Shown here piece by piece: positions 28,397 to 42,194 of a stretch of 64,000 nt of DNA. A program made the translations under genes and the position numbers. The DNA is taken from the NCBI GenBank assembly GCA_964016885.1, contig OZ024743.1:80352001-80416000 (forward strand), given 5' to 3'. Positions within the stretch are counted from its first letter, which is position 1; the number at the start of each line of letters is the position of its first letter. This stretch comes from Eledone cirrhosa (Eukaryota). A model generated the notes under the pieces. It had not been told where the DNA came from, searched no databases, and saw only the letters and a program-made list of their open reading frames with translations.

Positions 28397-28535
28397 ACGA
28401 ACGAAATGTGGTAAGGAACCAGATGGACCATAACGCACCAAAGTACTCAATACTTAGGGTAGTAGAGTGGGTAATAGGAACAAGTATGACCCCGACGGCA
28501 GAGCTCAAGCCGTTTCGACGGCTAATTCTGGACTC
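28397..28535 (-). mobile_element. Family A minus arm fused head-to-head with family B
   Basis: Family A sequence ending ...ctaattctggactc directly abuts gaatcatatatgattcc, the start of family B. Confidence 0.75.
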
Positions 28536-28539
28536 AGAA

Positions 28540-28875
<336 letters not shown>

Positions 28876-29557
28876 AATATGTATGTATGTACGTTCGTAC
28901 GCATGTAAGCCTACATGATGTACTTATGTATGTTTGCGAAGTTGTATAAAGAGCAAAGCCAGAAATATTGGAAGCGGCCATTAAAATCGAACATGTTAAG
29001 ATAGATTCAGCCGATGTTTAACAACAGCAAATGAGTGCCAATTGCTCGGCTATCAAAATGTAAAAAGGGAGGCAATCTCACAGCGTGAATACACTAAAGA
29101 GAAGGCTTATGATACCTCTCACATCAAACTGCTGTCATAAGGTTTGTGCTTGTACACTTAGATAGATGGCAACTTAAATTAACATCTATATTGTTTGCAG
29201 AGATTCAATAAATGTATCAAATTCAATTGATGTGAAAAACTATAATGATGTATCATAAAAAATATAGTATAGCAACTTGAATTAAGGTAATATGAAGCTA
29301 TAGAGATTGGGGTAAAATACCAGAAATGAATATATAAATATATATGTGTGTATTTGTGTGTGCGTGTGTGTGTGTGTGTGTGCGTGTGTGTGGGCGTGAG
29401 TGTGTGTGTGCATGCGCGTGTGTGTATGTATGTATAAATATATATATACATATATATATATATTTATGTATATATATATATATATACATTTATATATAAT
29501 TATATATAAATGTATATACGTATATATATATATACATAAATATACATGTATATACAT

Positions 29558-29607
<50 letters not shown>

Positions 29608-29683
29608 AAGAGAGAGATATATGTATATATGGATATATCTATATTATGTATAATTATATTTATGCAGACGTGTATGTATGTGT

Positions 29684-29721
<38 letters not shown>

Positions 29722-29830
29722 ACTATATATATATATATGAGTGTGCAATACCTGTGCGAACACACACACACACAGACACACACACACACAGACACACACA
29801 CACACACATACACACACACATACACACACA

Positions 29831-29897
<67 letters not shown>

Positions 29898-29900
29898 ATA

Positions 29901-29931
<31 letters not shown>

Positions 29932-30086
29932 GTGTGTATGTGTGTACATCTATGGGTATGTTACACTGAAATATGTAAATCGTAAAAAAGTACACCAGGA
30001 ATAAGATTGATCACCTTCATATATTACTTTTCATATGACAAAAACAAACAAAAAACTCTTTCATGAATCACATTTATAGCATGAAG

Positions 30087-30123
<37 letters not shown>

Positions 30124-30505
30124 CTATGTGTGTGCCGTTATGTGTGTGTGTGTGTTCCTTTTATTCCGTGGCTTTGCGATTGAATTTCATTTTGGTATTG
30201 AATAAATATTAAAATATTTTGAACATACCATTTTGGATTGGGATTAGCAAGTTTTTTTCAATTCTATTCATTTGAAATGTCAATCCTGAAAGTTTTTCTA
30301 TGAGAGAATATCATTTCATTATTAAAGCATTCAGATTAATATTAGCATAGTACTTAGCTGAGTATTTCTCACTCCGACATTCTCAGTGTTGTTGTCATAG
30401 CAACAATATTACTAATGTAACAATGGTCATCTTATCTAGACCACATATAGAGGCGGAATAAATACCGCAACACATCTCTTCTTTTACATTATCATACAGT
30501 GTAAC

Positions 30506-30577
<72 letters not shown>

Positions 30578-30667
30578 CAGGCAGACAGACAGACAGAGGG
30601 GAGAAATCTATCCCGACCGCGGTGCCGAGCGGCTTCGGGATTTTACATATCTCTATACCCATGCTAC

Positions 30668-30880
<213 letters not shown>

Positions 30881-30905
30881 TATATATATATATATATATA
30901 TATAT

Positions 30906-32117
30906 CTAGGGCGGGTAAAATTCCCGAGATCCATGGACGAGTTCTCTCCAGCGGTCTCTGTCTCTCATTATCGCTGCCATGTCCTGCGTCTCCAACAGAC
31001 CAGTGTCTGTCCTTAGGGCATCAACATACGTTAACCTTGGACTTCCCCTTCCAGTGTGTTCATGTAGGGGCTCCCACAGGAGCACTGAATGCAATGTCAA
31101 CTCTGGTTGTCGGTGAGCATGTCCAGCTAACCTCAGTCTCGTCTGTATCCCTTTTGAGCTGACTTTTGGGAGGCTCCCATACAGCTCTGAGTTTTTCATC
31201 TTCTGTGTATACTGATTAATGTTCAGAGCCATCCTCAGCATTCTCGTGTAGCACCCATCCACCATCTGAGTAAGTTTCTTGGTCAGTGTCCAAGTCTCAG
31301 ACCGTACAGCAGCACAGACTCCACTACAGAAATGAAGAGGTGGATTTTCAGGTCTTTACGAAGGTCTGACTTCCACACCGATCTCAAGCTGTGGCACGCC
31401 GCCCAGGCTTTGCTCTTCCTCTCAACCACATCATCTTCCGTATTCCCAATCTTTGGTCCCAAATACAGGAAGTCCTCAACCAATTCTAGCGGCTTCCGGC
31501 CTACATTAGTGATCCCCTCTGGCTTCTCAACATTCTCTACCAGATATTTTGTTTTAGTCTCATTCATTCTCAGCCCCACACTCATCGACACAGTCTCAAC
31601 CTCCCGCATCAAATCCTCTGCCTCCTTCACTGTATTTGTCACCAAAACTATGTCGTCGGCAAATTCAGCATCTGATATATTTTTCGCCTTAACTCTCCTG
31701 CTCTGAGCCGGTGCTACAGTAAAGCCAGAGTTCTTGTGTTTCTCCAGTGCAAGGCGCATACAATAGTCCACTACGATGATAGAAAGTTAGGGAGCCAATG
31801 TATCTCCCTGGAACACTCCAGCTATCTCAAAGAACTCTTTCATCCCATCAGGTGTAATGACTTGGGCTTTGGTGTTGGTGTAGAGCAGTGATATCAGGTT
31901 CACTATCTTCTTGGGGATTCCATAAGCCTGTAAGATCTTCATCAGGCAGTTGGTCCACAGAATCAAAGGCCTTCCTAAATTCAATGAAAACCATGACTGC
32001 AGGAAGGCACTTTGCTCTAGCTCCCTCTAATATCCTCCTCAGCATCAGGATGTGACTGCTGGTTGATCTTCCCTCTCTGAAGCCGTTCTGATTGTCCCTG
32101 AGATTCTTCTCCATCTC
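30906..32117 (-). pseudogene. 5'-truncated RTE-clade LINE reverse transcriptase, frameshifted
   Basis: NQNGFREGRST, FIEFRKAFDSV, GVFQGDTLAP, EFADDI, FLYLG, VESVLLYG, RLRLAGH across four ORF fragments. Confidence 0.9.
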
Positions 32118-32939
32118 ATATATATATATATGTATGTATGTATGTATTATTAGTACAGTTTAAAGTTTAAGCAAAGAATTTCTGCTTTAACCCTAATTGG
32201 GATCTTCTGGTCTACAGATTTGCATATACTTACTTTCTACTACCCTTACCGAACGTTCTTCGGATTTTGGTCTTTGTATTTATTTTTACTATATATATGT
32301 GTGTGCGTGAGTGCGTGAGTGCGCGCGCGCGCGCGCGTGTGTGTGTTTAAGTGCATGCAAATGGCAACCAGAAATAACAAAACAATTGACACAATACAGT
32401 GAAGAAATATATTATTAGTTGTACGTGTGATACATTAGGAAAAGCGTCTTAACGTTTCTGACGCTAGTCCTTCACACACATCTACATGTATATATAGTAT
32501 CTAGAAATGTAGAAAAACACAAACATAAGACAATTCCCTTATTAAGTTGTCTGCGGTGGGTCTCTAATGTTTCGGTGCATTAAAGACAATACATCTATCC
32601 ACAGTGCGTTAATAACCTCAAGAAGTTATGAGGGAAAGAAAAGACAAAAAAACAAGAGGTGATAGCGGAGAGAAAGAAAATAAACAGAAGAAAAACAACA
32701 GAAAACATACCGACAGAGAGGGGGAAACACGAGACAGTAGTACATGTATGTAGCAGTAACCAAGGGGAGAGAGAGGACGAAATTAAAAAGACGACCGGGT
32801 GTAAGTACTGAGACTTTATTAACAGCATAAGAGAGAGCGAAGTGAAACACGTCTGATGTTAGAGAACAGACGTAAAGAGGGAGAGACGAAAGAAAACGGA
32901 AGTAGTAAGGGAGCAGAGAGAGGGGGGAGGAAGAGCATA

Positions 32940-33218
32940 GATGGTGGGAGAGAAAGAGGATGAGTGGGAGAGAGAAATAGGGGAGAATACGTGAGTGGGA
33001 GAGTGAAAGAGGATAGTTGGTGGGAGAGTGAAAGAGGATAGTTGGTGGGAGAGTGAAAGAGGATAGTTGGTGGGAGAGAGAGAGGAGAGAATACGTGAGT
33101 GGGAGAGAGAGAAAAAGAGAGAGAAAGAGGATAGATGGTGGGAGAAAGAGAGAGAGAGATAGGGAGAGAAAGGGGACAGATGGTGGGAGGGAGAGAGAGG
33201 GGGAGAATACGTGAGTGG

Positions 33219-33259
<41 letters not shown>

Positions 33260-33480
33260 GATAGATGGTGAGAAAGAGAGAGGGGGGAGAATACGTGAGT
33301 GGGAGAGAGAGAGAGAAAGAGAGAGAAAGAGGATAGATGGTGGGAGAAAGAGAGAGAGGGGAGAATACGTGAGTGGGAGAGAGAGAGAAAGAGGATAGAT
33401 AGTGGGAGAAAGAGAGAGAGATAGGGAGAGAAAGGGGATAGATGGTGGGAGAGAGAGAGGGGATGAGTGGGAGAGAGAGA
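32940..33480. repeat. Purine-rich degenerate minisatellite (gagaatacgtgagtggga...aggatagatggtgg)
   Basis: Recurrent motifs interleaved with (GA)n. Confidence 0.8.
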
Positions 33481-33701
33481 AGGGAAGAAAGAAAGAGGGG
33501 AAGGGAGGGAGGAATAGAGTTAATCGAAATGGTAGGAGTTAAGCCCAAGACCAGGATAACAACAAGAACCGATATAGAGGGAATAGAAGGAAGGGGACAG
33601 TAATAAAGAAATAAGAATTAAAAGGGTCAAGGTTCTGTGGGGGGTACTAATAAATATATAGGAGGGAGTGAACGAGAGAGAACTCAATAGTGATGGTTAT
33701 G

Positions 33702-35163
33702 ATGTTTATATAGTACTAATAATATACCATGTTTATATAGTACTAATAATATACCATGTTTAAATAGTACTAATAATATACCATGTTTATATAGTACTAA
33801 TAATATACCATGTTTATATAGTACTAATAATATACAATGTTTATATAGTACTAATACTATACAATGTTTATATAGTACTAATAATATACAATGTTTATAT
33901 AGTACTAATAATATACCATGTTTCTATAGTACTAATAATATACCATTTTTATATAGTACTAATAATATACAATGTTTATATAGTACTAATACTATACAAT
34001 GTTTATATAGTACTAATAATATACAATGTTTATATAGTACTAATAATATACCATGTTTATATAGTACTAATAATATACAATGTTTATATAGTACTAATAA
34101 TATACAATGTTTATATAGTACTAATAATATACCATGTTTATATAGTACTAATAATATACCATGTTTATATAGTACTAATAATATACCATGTTTATATAGT
34201 ACTAATAATATACCATGTTTATATAGTACTAATAATATACAATGTTTATATAGTACTAATAATATACCATGTTTATATAGTACTAATAATATACAATGTT
34301 TATATAGTACTAATAATATACCATGTTTATATAGTACTAATAATATACCATGTTTATATAGTACTAATAATATACAATGTTTATATAGTACTAATAATAT
34401 ACCATGTTTATATAGTACTAATAATATACCATGTTTATATAGTACTAATAATATACCATGTTTATATAGTACTAATAATATACCATGTTTACATAGTACT
34501 AATAATATACCATGTTTATATAGTACTAATACTATACAATGTTTATATAGTACTAATAATATACCATGTTTATATAGTACTAATACTATACAATGTTTAT
34601 ATAGTACTAATAATATACAATGTTTATATAGTACTAATAATATACCATGTTTATATAGTACTAATAATATACAATGTTTATATAGTACTAATAATATACA
34701 ATGTTTATATAGTACTAATAATATACCATGTTTATATAGTACTAATAATATACCATGTTTATATAGTACTAATAATATACAATGTTTACATAGTACTAAT
34801 AATATACCATGTTTATATAGTACTAATAATATACCATGTTTATATAGTACTAATAATATACCATGTTTATATAGTACTAATAATATACCATGTTTATATA
34901 GTACTAATAATATACCATGTTTATATAGTACTAATAATATACCATGTTTATATAGTACTAATAATATACCATGTTTATATCGTACTAATAATATACAATG
35001 TTTATATAGTACTAATAATATACCATGTTTATATAGTACTAATAATATACCATGTTTATATAGTACTAATAATATACCATGTTTATATAGTACTAATAAT
35101 ATACCATGTTTATATAGTACTAATAATATACCATGTTTATATCGTACTAATAATATACAATGT
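33702..35163. repeat. 27-bp minisatellite (atgtttatatagtactaataatatacc), ~54 copies
   Basis: Strict 27-bp period with cc/ca variants and no spacers. Confidence 0.97.
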
Positions 35164-35239
35164 CCTAAATCATGGGAGTTAGGAAAAAGCCGAGTCCATG
35201 AAAATTAGACTTTTGTATAAGTTAACTTAACTAAAGTAT

Positions 35240-35343
<104 letters not shown>

Positions 35344-35463
35344 AAGAAAGGAGAAAAATAGATGGATGGAGGTACAGGGACAGAAAGAGAGAATGTGTGA
35401 GAGAGAATATATGTGGGAAAGAGAGAATTGGACAGAGAGATAGAGGGGGAGAGAGAGAGAAAA

Positions 35464-35517
<54 letters not shown>

Positions 35518-35544
35518 TGAGAGAGAGAATGTGTATGTGTGTGA

Positions 35545-35613
<69 letters not shown>

Positions 35614-36002
35614 GTGTGTGTGTGTGTGAGAGAGAGAGTGACTAATATTTACAGAGAAAAGAGAGAGACATATGGGTAGGAACACAAAGACATATATATT
35701 AAAGTATTGGGACGAAGTAATTATCTAATTAAACACAATAAAACGTTTCCATTTGTTGTAATTAAGGGGACGAAGCCCTAAACGGGGTGTGTAGTGAATA
35801 TTGAACTTCTATCATGTATTGCCATCAAATTAGTTGGGGTTTTTCTTTTACTGAACGAAGCTTTTCATTATTAATAAAATAACCAACAAAAACCTATTCC
35901 AGACGATATAACAAGGATGTAAACAACAGCAACAGAGCTAACATCATCAACATCAACATCAGGAACAACGAAGATGGGGCAGAGGGAGGAGGGGGAGGAG
36001 GC

Positions 36003-36199
36003 GAAGAAGAAGAAGAAGAAGAAGAAGAAGAAGAAGAAGAAGAAGAAGAAGAAGAAGAAGAAGAAGAAGAAGAAGAAGAAGAAGAAGACGACGAAGGAGA
36101 AAGAAGAAGAAGAAGAAGAAGAAGAAGAAGAAGAAGAAGAAGAAGAAGAAGAAGAAGAAGAAGAAGAAGAAGAAGAAGAAGAAGAAGAAGAAGAAGAAG
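36003..36199. repeat. (GAA)n microsatellite
   Basis: Direct inspection. Confidence 0.97.
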
Positions 36200-36999
36200 A
36201 CCATCAACATCAACAAGAACAACAGTGAAATATCAAGATTCTAATTAGAGAAATGGTCCACCTTTCAATATATATAATTACCAACATTTGAACTTTACTT
36301 GGTTTTTACTGGCGTTCCCTTCTCTGCCTGGCAGATATATACCAAAGATTGCAAACTGAAAAATACTAAATAATGTTAATTATATTAATTACTAGATTCA
36401 TATAAATATAATTGTATGGAATAAATTAGCAACAATAAATATCAAAAGATGTAGGAAAAAACATAGGTAGGAGATAAAAAAATATAATTACTGGAATAAT
36501 TATAATTGTATAATTCTTGAAAAGAAATAATTTTAAGGAGACGTAGTTTGAAAATGGCGAATTCTTAGAGAGAGGGAGTGGCAGAGAGTGTGGGAGATAT
36601 ATATATATATAGATAGAGAGAGAGGGGGAAAGAGAGAGGGTGAGAGGGAGAAGGAGAAAGAGAGAAAGAGGACGATAGAGAAAGCGAATCGATTTTAGAT
36701 TTCATCTCGTGAAAAGTGAAATTTTGAATATAGTCTTCTACCTTAATCAACCGCGTGTGATCTTTGAGTGTGAGTGTGTGTGTGTGTGGGGGGGCGTGTG
36801 TGTGTGCGTGGGTGTGTGTGTGTGAGTGTGTGCGTGCGTGTAAGTGTATGTGTGCGTGTGTATGTGCGTGTGTGTGTCTGCGTGTGTGCGTATGTGCGTG
36901 TGTGTGCGTGTGAGTGTATGTGTGTGTGTGCGTGTGTGTGTGTGCGTGTGAGTGAGTGTGCGTGTGTGTGTGTGCGTGCGTGTGAGTGTATGCGTGTGA

Positions 37000-37039
<40 letters not shown>

Positions 37040-37202
37040 GTATGTGCGTGTGTGTGTCTGCGTGTGTGCGTGTGTGCGTGTGTGTGTGCGTGTGAGTGTA
37101 TGTGTGTGTGTGCGTGTGTGTGTGTGCGTGTGAGTGAGTGTGCGTGTGTGTGTGTGCGTGTGTGAGTGTGTGTCTGTGTGTGCGTGCGTGCGTGTGAGTG
37201 TA

Positions 37203-37284
<82 letters not shown>

Positions 37285-37421
37285 TATATATAAGCACTGA
37301 GCACAGAAGCCAAAACCGCTTGGGCCCGCAGTCGAGAGTGTACATATCTCTATACCCACTTTGCATCTCCCCATACAACGAGTGCATGATATATTTAGTG
37401 GTCTCAGCACCACAGACTCTC

Positions 37422-37486
<65 letters not shown>

Positions 37487-37536
37487 GTGTGTGTGTGTGT
37501 GAGTATATATATATATATATTTGTGTATGTGTGTGA

Positions 37537-37575
<39 letters not shown>

Positions 37576-37787
37576 TTGCAAGGTTTTTTATATGAAATCG
37601 TGTGTCGAAACAAATATTGATATACTTGGGGAGGGTCATATTGTTGTAATCATATTGCCAGAAATAATAACAGAACACAATTGGTTGGTTTTCGCTTCTG
37701 TATCTTTTATATCTCCATAGTTAATTTATTTGGCAATCAATGTCTATCATTGATTGGCCAACGGTTAAATATATATATATATATATA

Positions 37788-37936
37788 TAGTCTAACAAAG
37801 TTCTTTCGTTGCACACCTGTGACATCATCAGTGGTTCTATTATGTTTCCTTCTATTAAAGTGCATTACAATACAAAAGAAGGAAACATAATAGTACCACT
37901 GCTGATCTTGCAGTTGTGCAACGAAAGAACTTTGTT

Positions 37937-37942
<6 letters not shown>
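37788..37942. repeat. 155-bp imperfect hairpin (MITE-like) within (TA)n
   Basis: tagtctaacaaagttctttcgttgcaca ... tgtgcaacgaaagaactttgttagacta. Confidence 0.8.
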
Positions 37943-37982
<40 letters not shown>

Positions 37983-38273
37983 AAAGTAAGTCCATAGAAT
38001 CATTTGATAAAATATATACAGTATTTCTTCTACCAATTAGCATAATCAACCACATAAAAAATCAATTAAATGAGGCTATAAGTTTAAAATATAACTACGA
38101 AGAAACAATAGATAAGTAAACGTTAGCTATTTTATCCGCTATCTACATCCGCAGAAGATTTACCTAGTATTTCTAATAGCCCGTAGAAATTGACTAGACA
38201 TATAGTTAACCATACATAATTAGGTACAAAATCAAAGTTAGAAGAAATAACGTACATAAACATACCAAAAACA

Positions 38274-38358
38274 TGTTTCTACCCCCTGGGGTTTCATTCG
38301 CTTTTTGGAAACATCCGATCATGGATAAATCAACGAGTTTCGAAATCATCAGGAAACA
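38274..38358 (-). ncRNA. Type I hammerhead ribozyme (family G)
   Basis: tgtttc-CTGATGA-tttcg...cgaat-GAAA-cccc(ag)gggg-TA-gaaaca. Confidence 0.8.
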
Positions 38359-38812
38359 AACTCAATTGGACAAAGATTTTTCTTAAATGATCCCCGCCAG
38401 ACACGAATTCAAAATGGCTAAGAATTGTCACATGGCCAGTGGTCAAGCCAGAAAGCTTGTGATTGGTGCCTGACGGCGAGTAGACTGGTTGCTAGAAAGC
38501 GCAGCCGAATACTGCCTAAAGTTTGACTCAACCTTACGGGAGTATATAAAATACAGAGGTTTACATAGACACAAACTAGACTGACCCATATATATATATA
38601 TATATATGTTTTTTCAACCATTCACGGTGTGGCTCAATGACGAATTAATTAATTAAAAGTATTCGGCTGCGCTTTCTAACAACCAGCCTACTCGCCGTCA
38701 GGCACCAATCACAAGCTTTCTGACTTGACCACTGGCCATGTGACAATTCTTAGCCATTTTGAATTCGTTTCTGGCGAGGATCATTTAAGAAAAATCTTTG
38801 TCCAATTGAGTT

Positions 38813-38897
38813 TGTTTCCTGATGATTTCGAAACTCGTTGATTTATCCATGATCGGATATTTCAAAAAAGCGATTGAAACCTCCGGGGATAGAAACA
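38813..38897 (+). ncRNA. Type I hammerhead ribozyme (family G, slightly decayed)
   Basis: tgtttc-CTGATGA-tttcg...cgatt-GAAA-cctccgggga-TA-gaaaca. Confidence 0.65.
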
Positions 38898-39172
38898 TGT
38901 TTTTGGTATGTTTTTGGTATGTTTCTTCATAGATACATTTTAAACTTATAGCCTCGTTTAATTGATTTTTTTATGTGGTTGATTATGCTACTTTGGAGAA
39001 GAAATACTGTATATATTTTATCAAATGATTCTATGGACTTACTTTCGTATATATTGCTCTGATTGTTGATTATTTAATTAATTAATTCGTCATTGAGCCA
39101 CGCCGTGAATGGTTGCCAAAAACATATATATATATCTATCTATGGGTCTGTCTAGTTTATGTATATGTAAAC

Positions 39173-39404
<232 letters not shown>

Positions 39405-39563
39405 CTGTATTTTTAACCGTTGGTCAGTCAATGATAAATACTGATTGCCAAATAAATTAACTATGGAGATATAAAAGATACAGATGCGAAAACCAAACAA
39501 ACAGTGAGTGTGTTCTGTTATTATTTCTGGCAATATTATAACAACATGACCCTCCCCAAGTAT

Positions 39564-39609
<46 letters not shown>

Positions 39610-39620
39610 TATGAACAATT

Positions 39621-39749
39621 TTAGGTGCCCCCACCTCGAATAGTGACCTCTAGGAGATGGTTCATCTTCTGCCTGACTGTAAAACGTGTATCATTGCATA
39701 TACGTGGTTGTTCTACGTTTCTCAAAAGGATGATGGAAGTTCCAATCTT
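39621..39749 (-). pseudogene. PIF1-like helicase fragment of a Helitron RepHel protein
   Basis: Hand translation KIGTSIILLRNVEQPRICNDTRFTVRQKMNHLLEVTIRGG resembles the LKVGxPIMLLRNLxxxxLCNGTRL block of Helitron helicases. Not in the ORF track. Confidence 0.8.
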
Positions 39750-40535
39750 TTATATTATATGTAGATATAGATAATTAATATAAAAGATGATGCTCAGCCA
39801 GTTCGTCTTCAACCATCGCAGCACGCCGTCGCTGCTTGGTTCCAGTGTTTCGTTGGCGTTGTTCAGCCAGCTCCTCTTCATTCATGGTGGCACGTCTTCG
39901 CCTCTGAATTTCAGCGTTCCGATGCCGCTGTTCGGCCCGTTTTTCTTCATTCCTGGTTGCACGCCGTCGTCGCTGTGGTTCACTGTTTGATAAAGTCGAA
40001 TTGCCTTTATTATCAGTATTCATTTCGAGCAATTGTCAAAAAATGACACAATAATAAATATAAAAGATGTCCGTCAATGTAAATAAAAGGTCCCTATTTA
40101 CTCCCTTCACAACTCTGTGTATGTTAGACTGACAGATAGGCACATAGACAGATAAACTGCGTGGCGATTGTGGAACGCCCCACGTACATACACATACACG
40201 CATGGAAATGCGCACACTCACGCAAACTTACACACGCACCCGTACACTTACATACACTTACACACTCACACATGTTGATAGTTTTTACTTTCTGTGGAAC
40301 GCTGCACGCACGCACTCACATATAAACATACGCGCACGTACATACACACGCACACATGGTAATAGTTACAGCGTTCTTTTTGCCTCTCTGTTTCTTATTC
40401 TCTCCTCTTACTTCCTCATTGGCATTTTGCGTATTAATTTAAGTTTGGCGTCACTGAGGTGGGCGGAGTCGTTTGAAACCTATGAACCAACAATAATCGA
40501 GAATTATGACACACGGAATACTGACGTTGTTGAAA

Positions 40536-40540
<5 letters not shown>
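39621..40540 (-). mobile_element. Internally deleted Helitron
   Basis: ORF 39775-40032 has 23-aa basic/acidic repeats (QRRRRATRNEEKRAEQRHRNAEI; STPR-like, as in RepHel N-termini) directly upstream of the helicase fragment on the same strand. Confidence 0.65.
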
Positions 40541-40602
<62 letters not shown>

Positions 40603-41129
40603 ATACAAATATACATAGATATATGTGTGTTAGGTGTGTAACTACAGACACAGTCAGCGCGTCGTTTAAAGCACTCGAATCTGTTACGAGGTCCGTCTTG
40701 TGTGTGATATATTCCATAGTTATGGTGGCTGTGGTGTGCCGTGGAAATAGATTAAGTAGAATGGAAGTCAGTGTTGCAGCATACATATATACAAACTTTA
40801 TTTATATATTACAAATGTTTCGATATCGATCACCTCAGGGTACAATCAAAATCACGGGACCCGACTCTCTTTCGAGATCTCGTTTGATATGCGAGTTTAT
40901 ATGTGCAAAGACACATCTAAACTGTTGACAGAGTTCCCGGGATCTTATATACATTAGTAATGTGGTTGGGGAGGGATTAGTTGTAAGAATAACAATAGAT
41001 TTGAATTTAAAAACCACAGAAAGGATTAAGGATGAAAAATAAATAGCTGGTATGGCAACGTGGTTGTTATTGGCCTTGATAATATATTGAAATAATTATA
41101 CTCAAGCTCACCACACGGACATGAGTTGC

Positions 41130-41380
41130 TCTATACCTTCTCTTACTAATGTGTGTCTTTCGGTGTGTGATTGGGGGTTAAATATGAGTTGTACTTGTCA
41201 TTCAAAGAGTCAGCCTTGTCACTCTGTGTCACGCTGAATCTCCCTGAGAACTGCGTTAAGGTTACACGAGGTTGTTGAATATCAGCTACTTGCTTGTAAA
41301 ATTAGTTATTTAATGAGCAGGACGATTCATTGATTTAATCAACTGGAACACTCGTCGTCGGAAATGGTGGCGCTCCAACA
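41130..41380 (+). mobile_element. Degenerate SINE-like interspersed repeat (3' part)
   Basis: gtcacgctgaatctccctgagaact...aactggaacactcgtcgtcg resembles, from memory, an abundant octopod repeat. Single copy here, unverified. Confidence 0.35.
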
Positions 41381-41398
41381 ATATATATATATGTGTGT

Positions 41399-41436
<38 letters not shown>

Positions 41437-41440
41437 GTAT

Positions 41441-41540
<100 letters not shown>

Positions 41541-41614
41541 ATTTGTCGCGAGCATTCGCTTCGTTCGATAGTAGTTTTCGACCAAATATGTTTTATACGA
41601 GGTGTATAACTTTA

Positions 41615-41778
41615 TTTCCATTTGCTGCTATGGAGCTGATGGAAAGTCACGGTTCCATACACATCTTATGCCGGACTTACTCCCAGGTGAGAGCCATATT
41701 TGTCAAGTCTTCCTCCACACATCTCACCCAGGACTGGTGGGTCTAACTTGCCTCCCACCCCACTTCTGGCTTTCAGAT
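41615..41778 (-). pseudogene. Possible RTE LINE C-terminal remnant
   Basis: Minus frame gives WVRCVEEDLTNMALTWE, typical of RTE ORF ends. Confidence 0.4.
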
Positions 41779-42194
41779 AGTAATTATATGTATGGGATAT
41801 TAACGATACTCAATTTTGTCTTGACTAGACAAGACAAACATTCCAGTAGTAAGTCACAATGGGACACAATAACTCCAGGAAACGAGTTTACGAACAAAAC
41901 GAAATATAAGGTGGCAAAGTTTATTTCATCTGTCCAGCGCTTGTGTTGGTAAACTCCCTAGTGTTGGTGTCATCATTAAATATATTTGCCAGTCATGTGA
42001 TAGTGCTGTGGCCACAATAAAACCATACTGTAATGTAGTAGTGCTAGTTACACGATACAATGCACCCAGTACGTGGTTGGGAAGCGAATTAAAACAGACG
42101 GCCATACTCGCATCTATGTACATCAAGGAGCAGAACGTTGGGAACTCAGGTCTGTTGAAAGCAACATTTCGCAACAAAAACCAGGAATGTAAGG

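Noticed and set aside
37788-37942. CTGATGA..GAAA on the minus arm as a hammerhead
   Set aside because: Stems I and III do not pair convincingly. Kept only as a hairpin.
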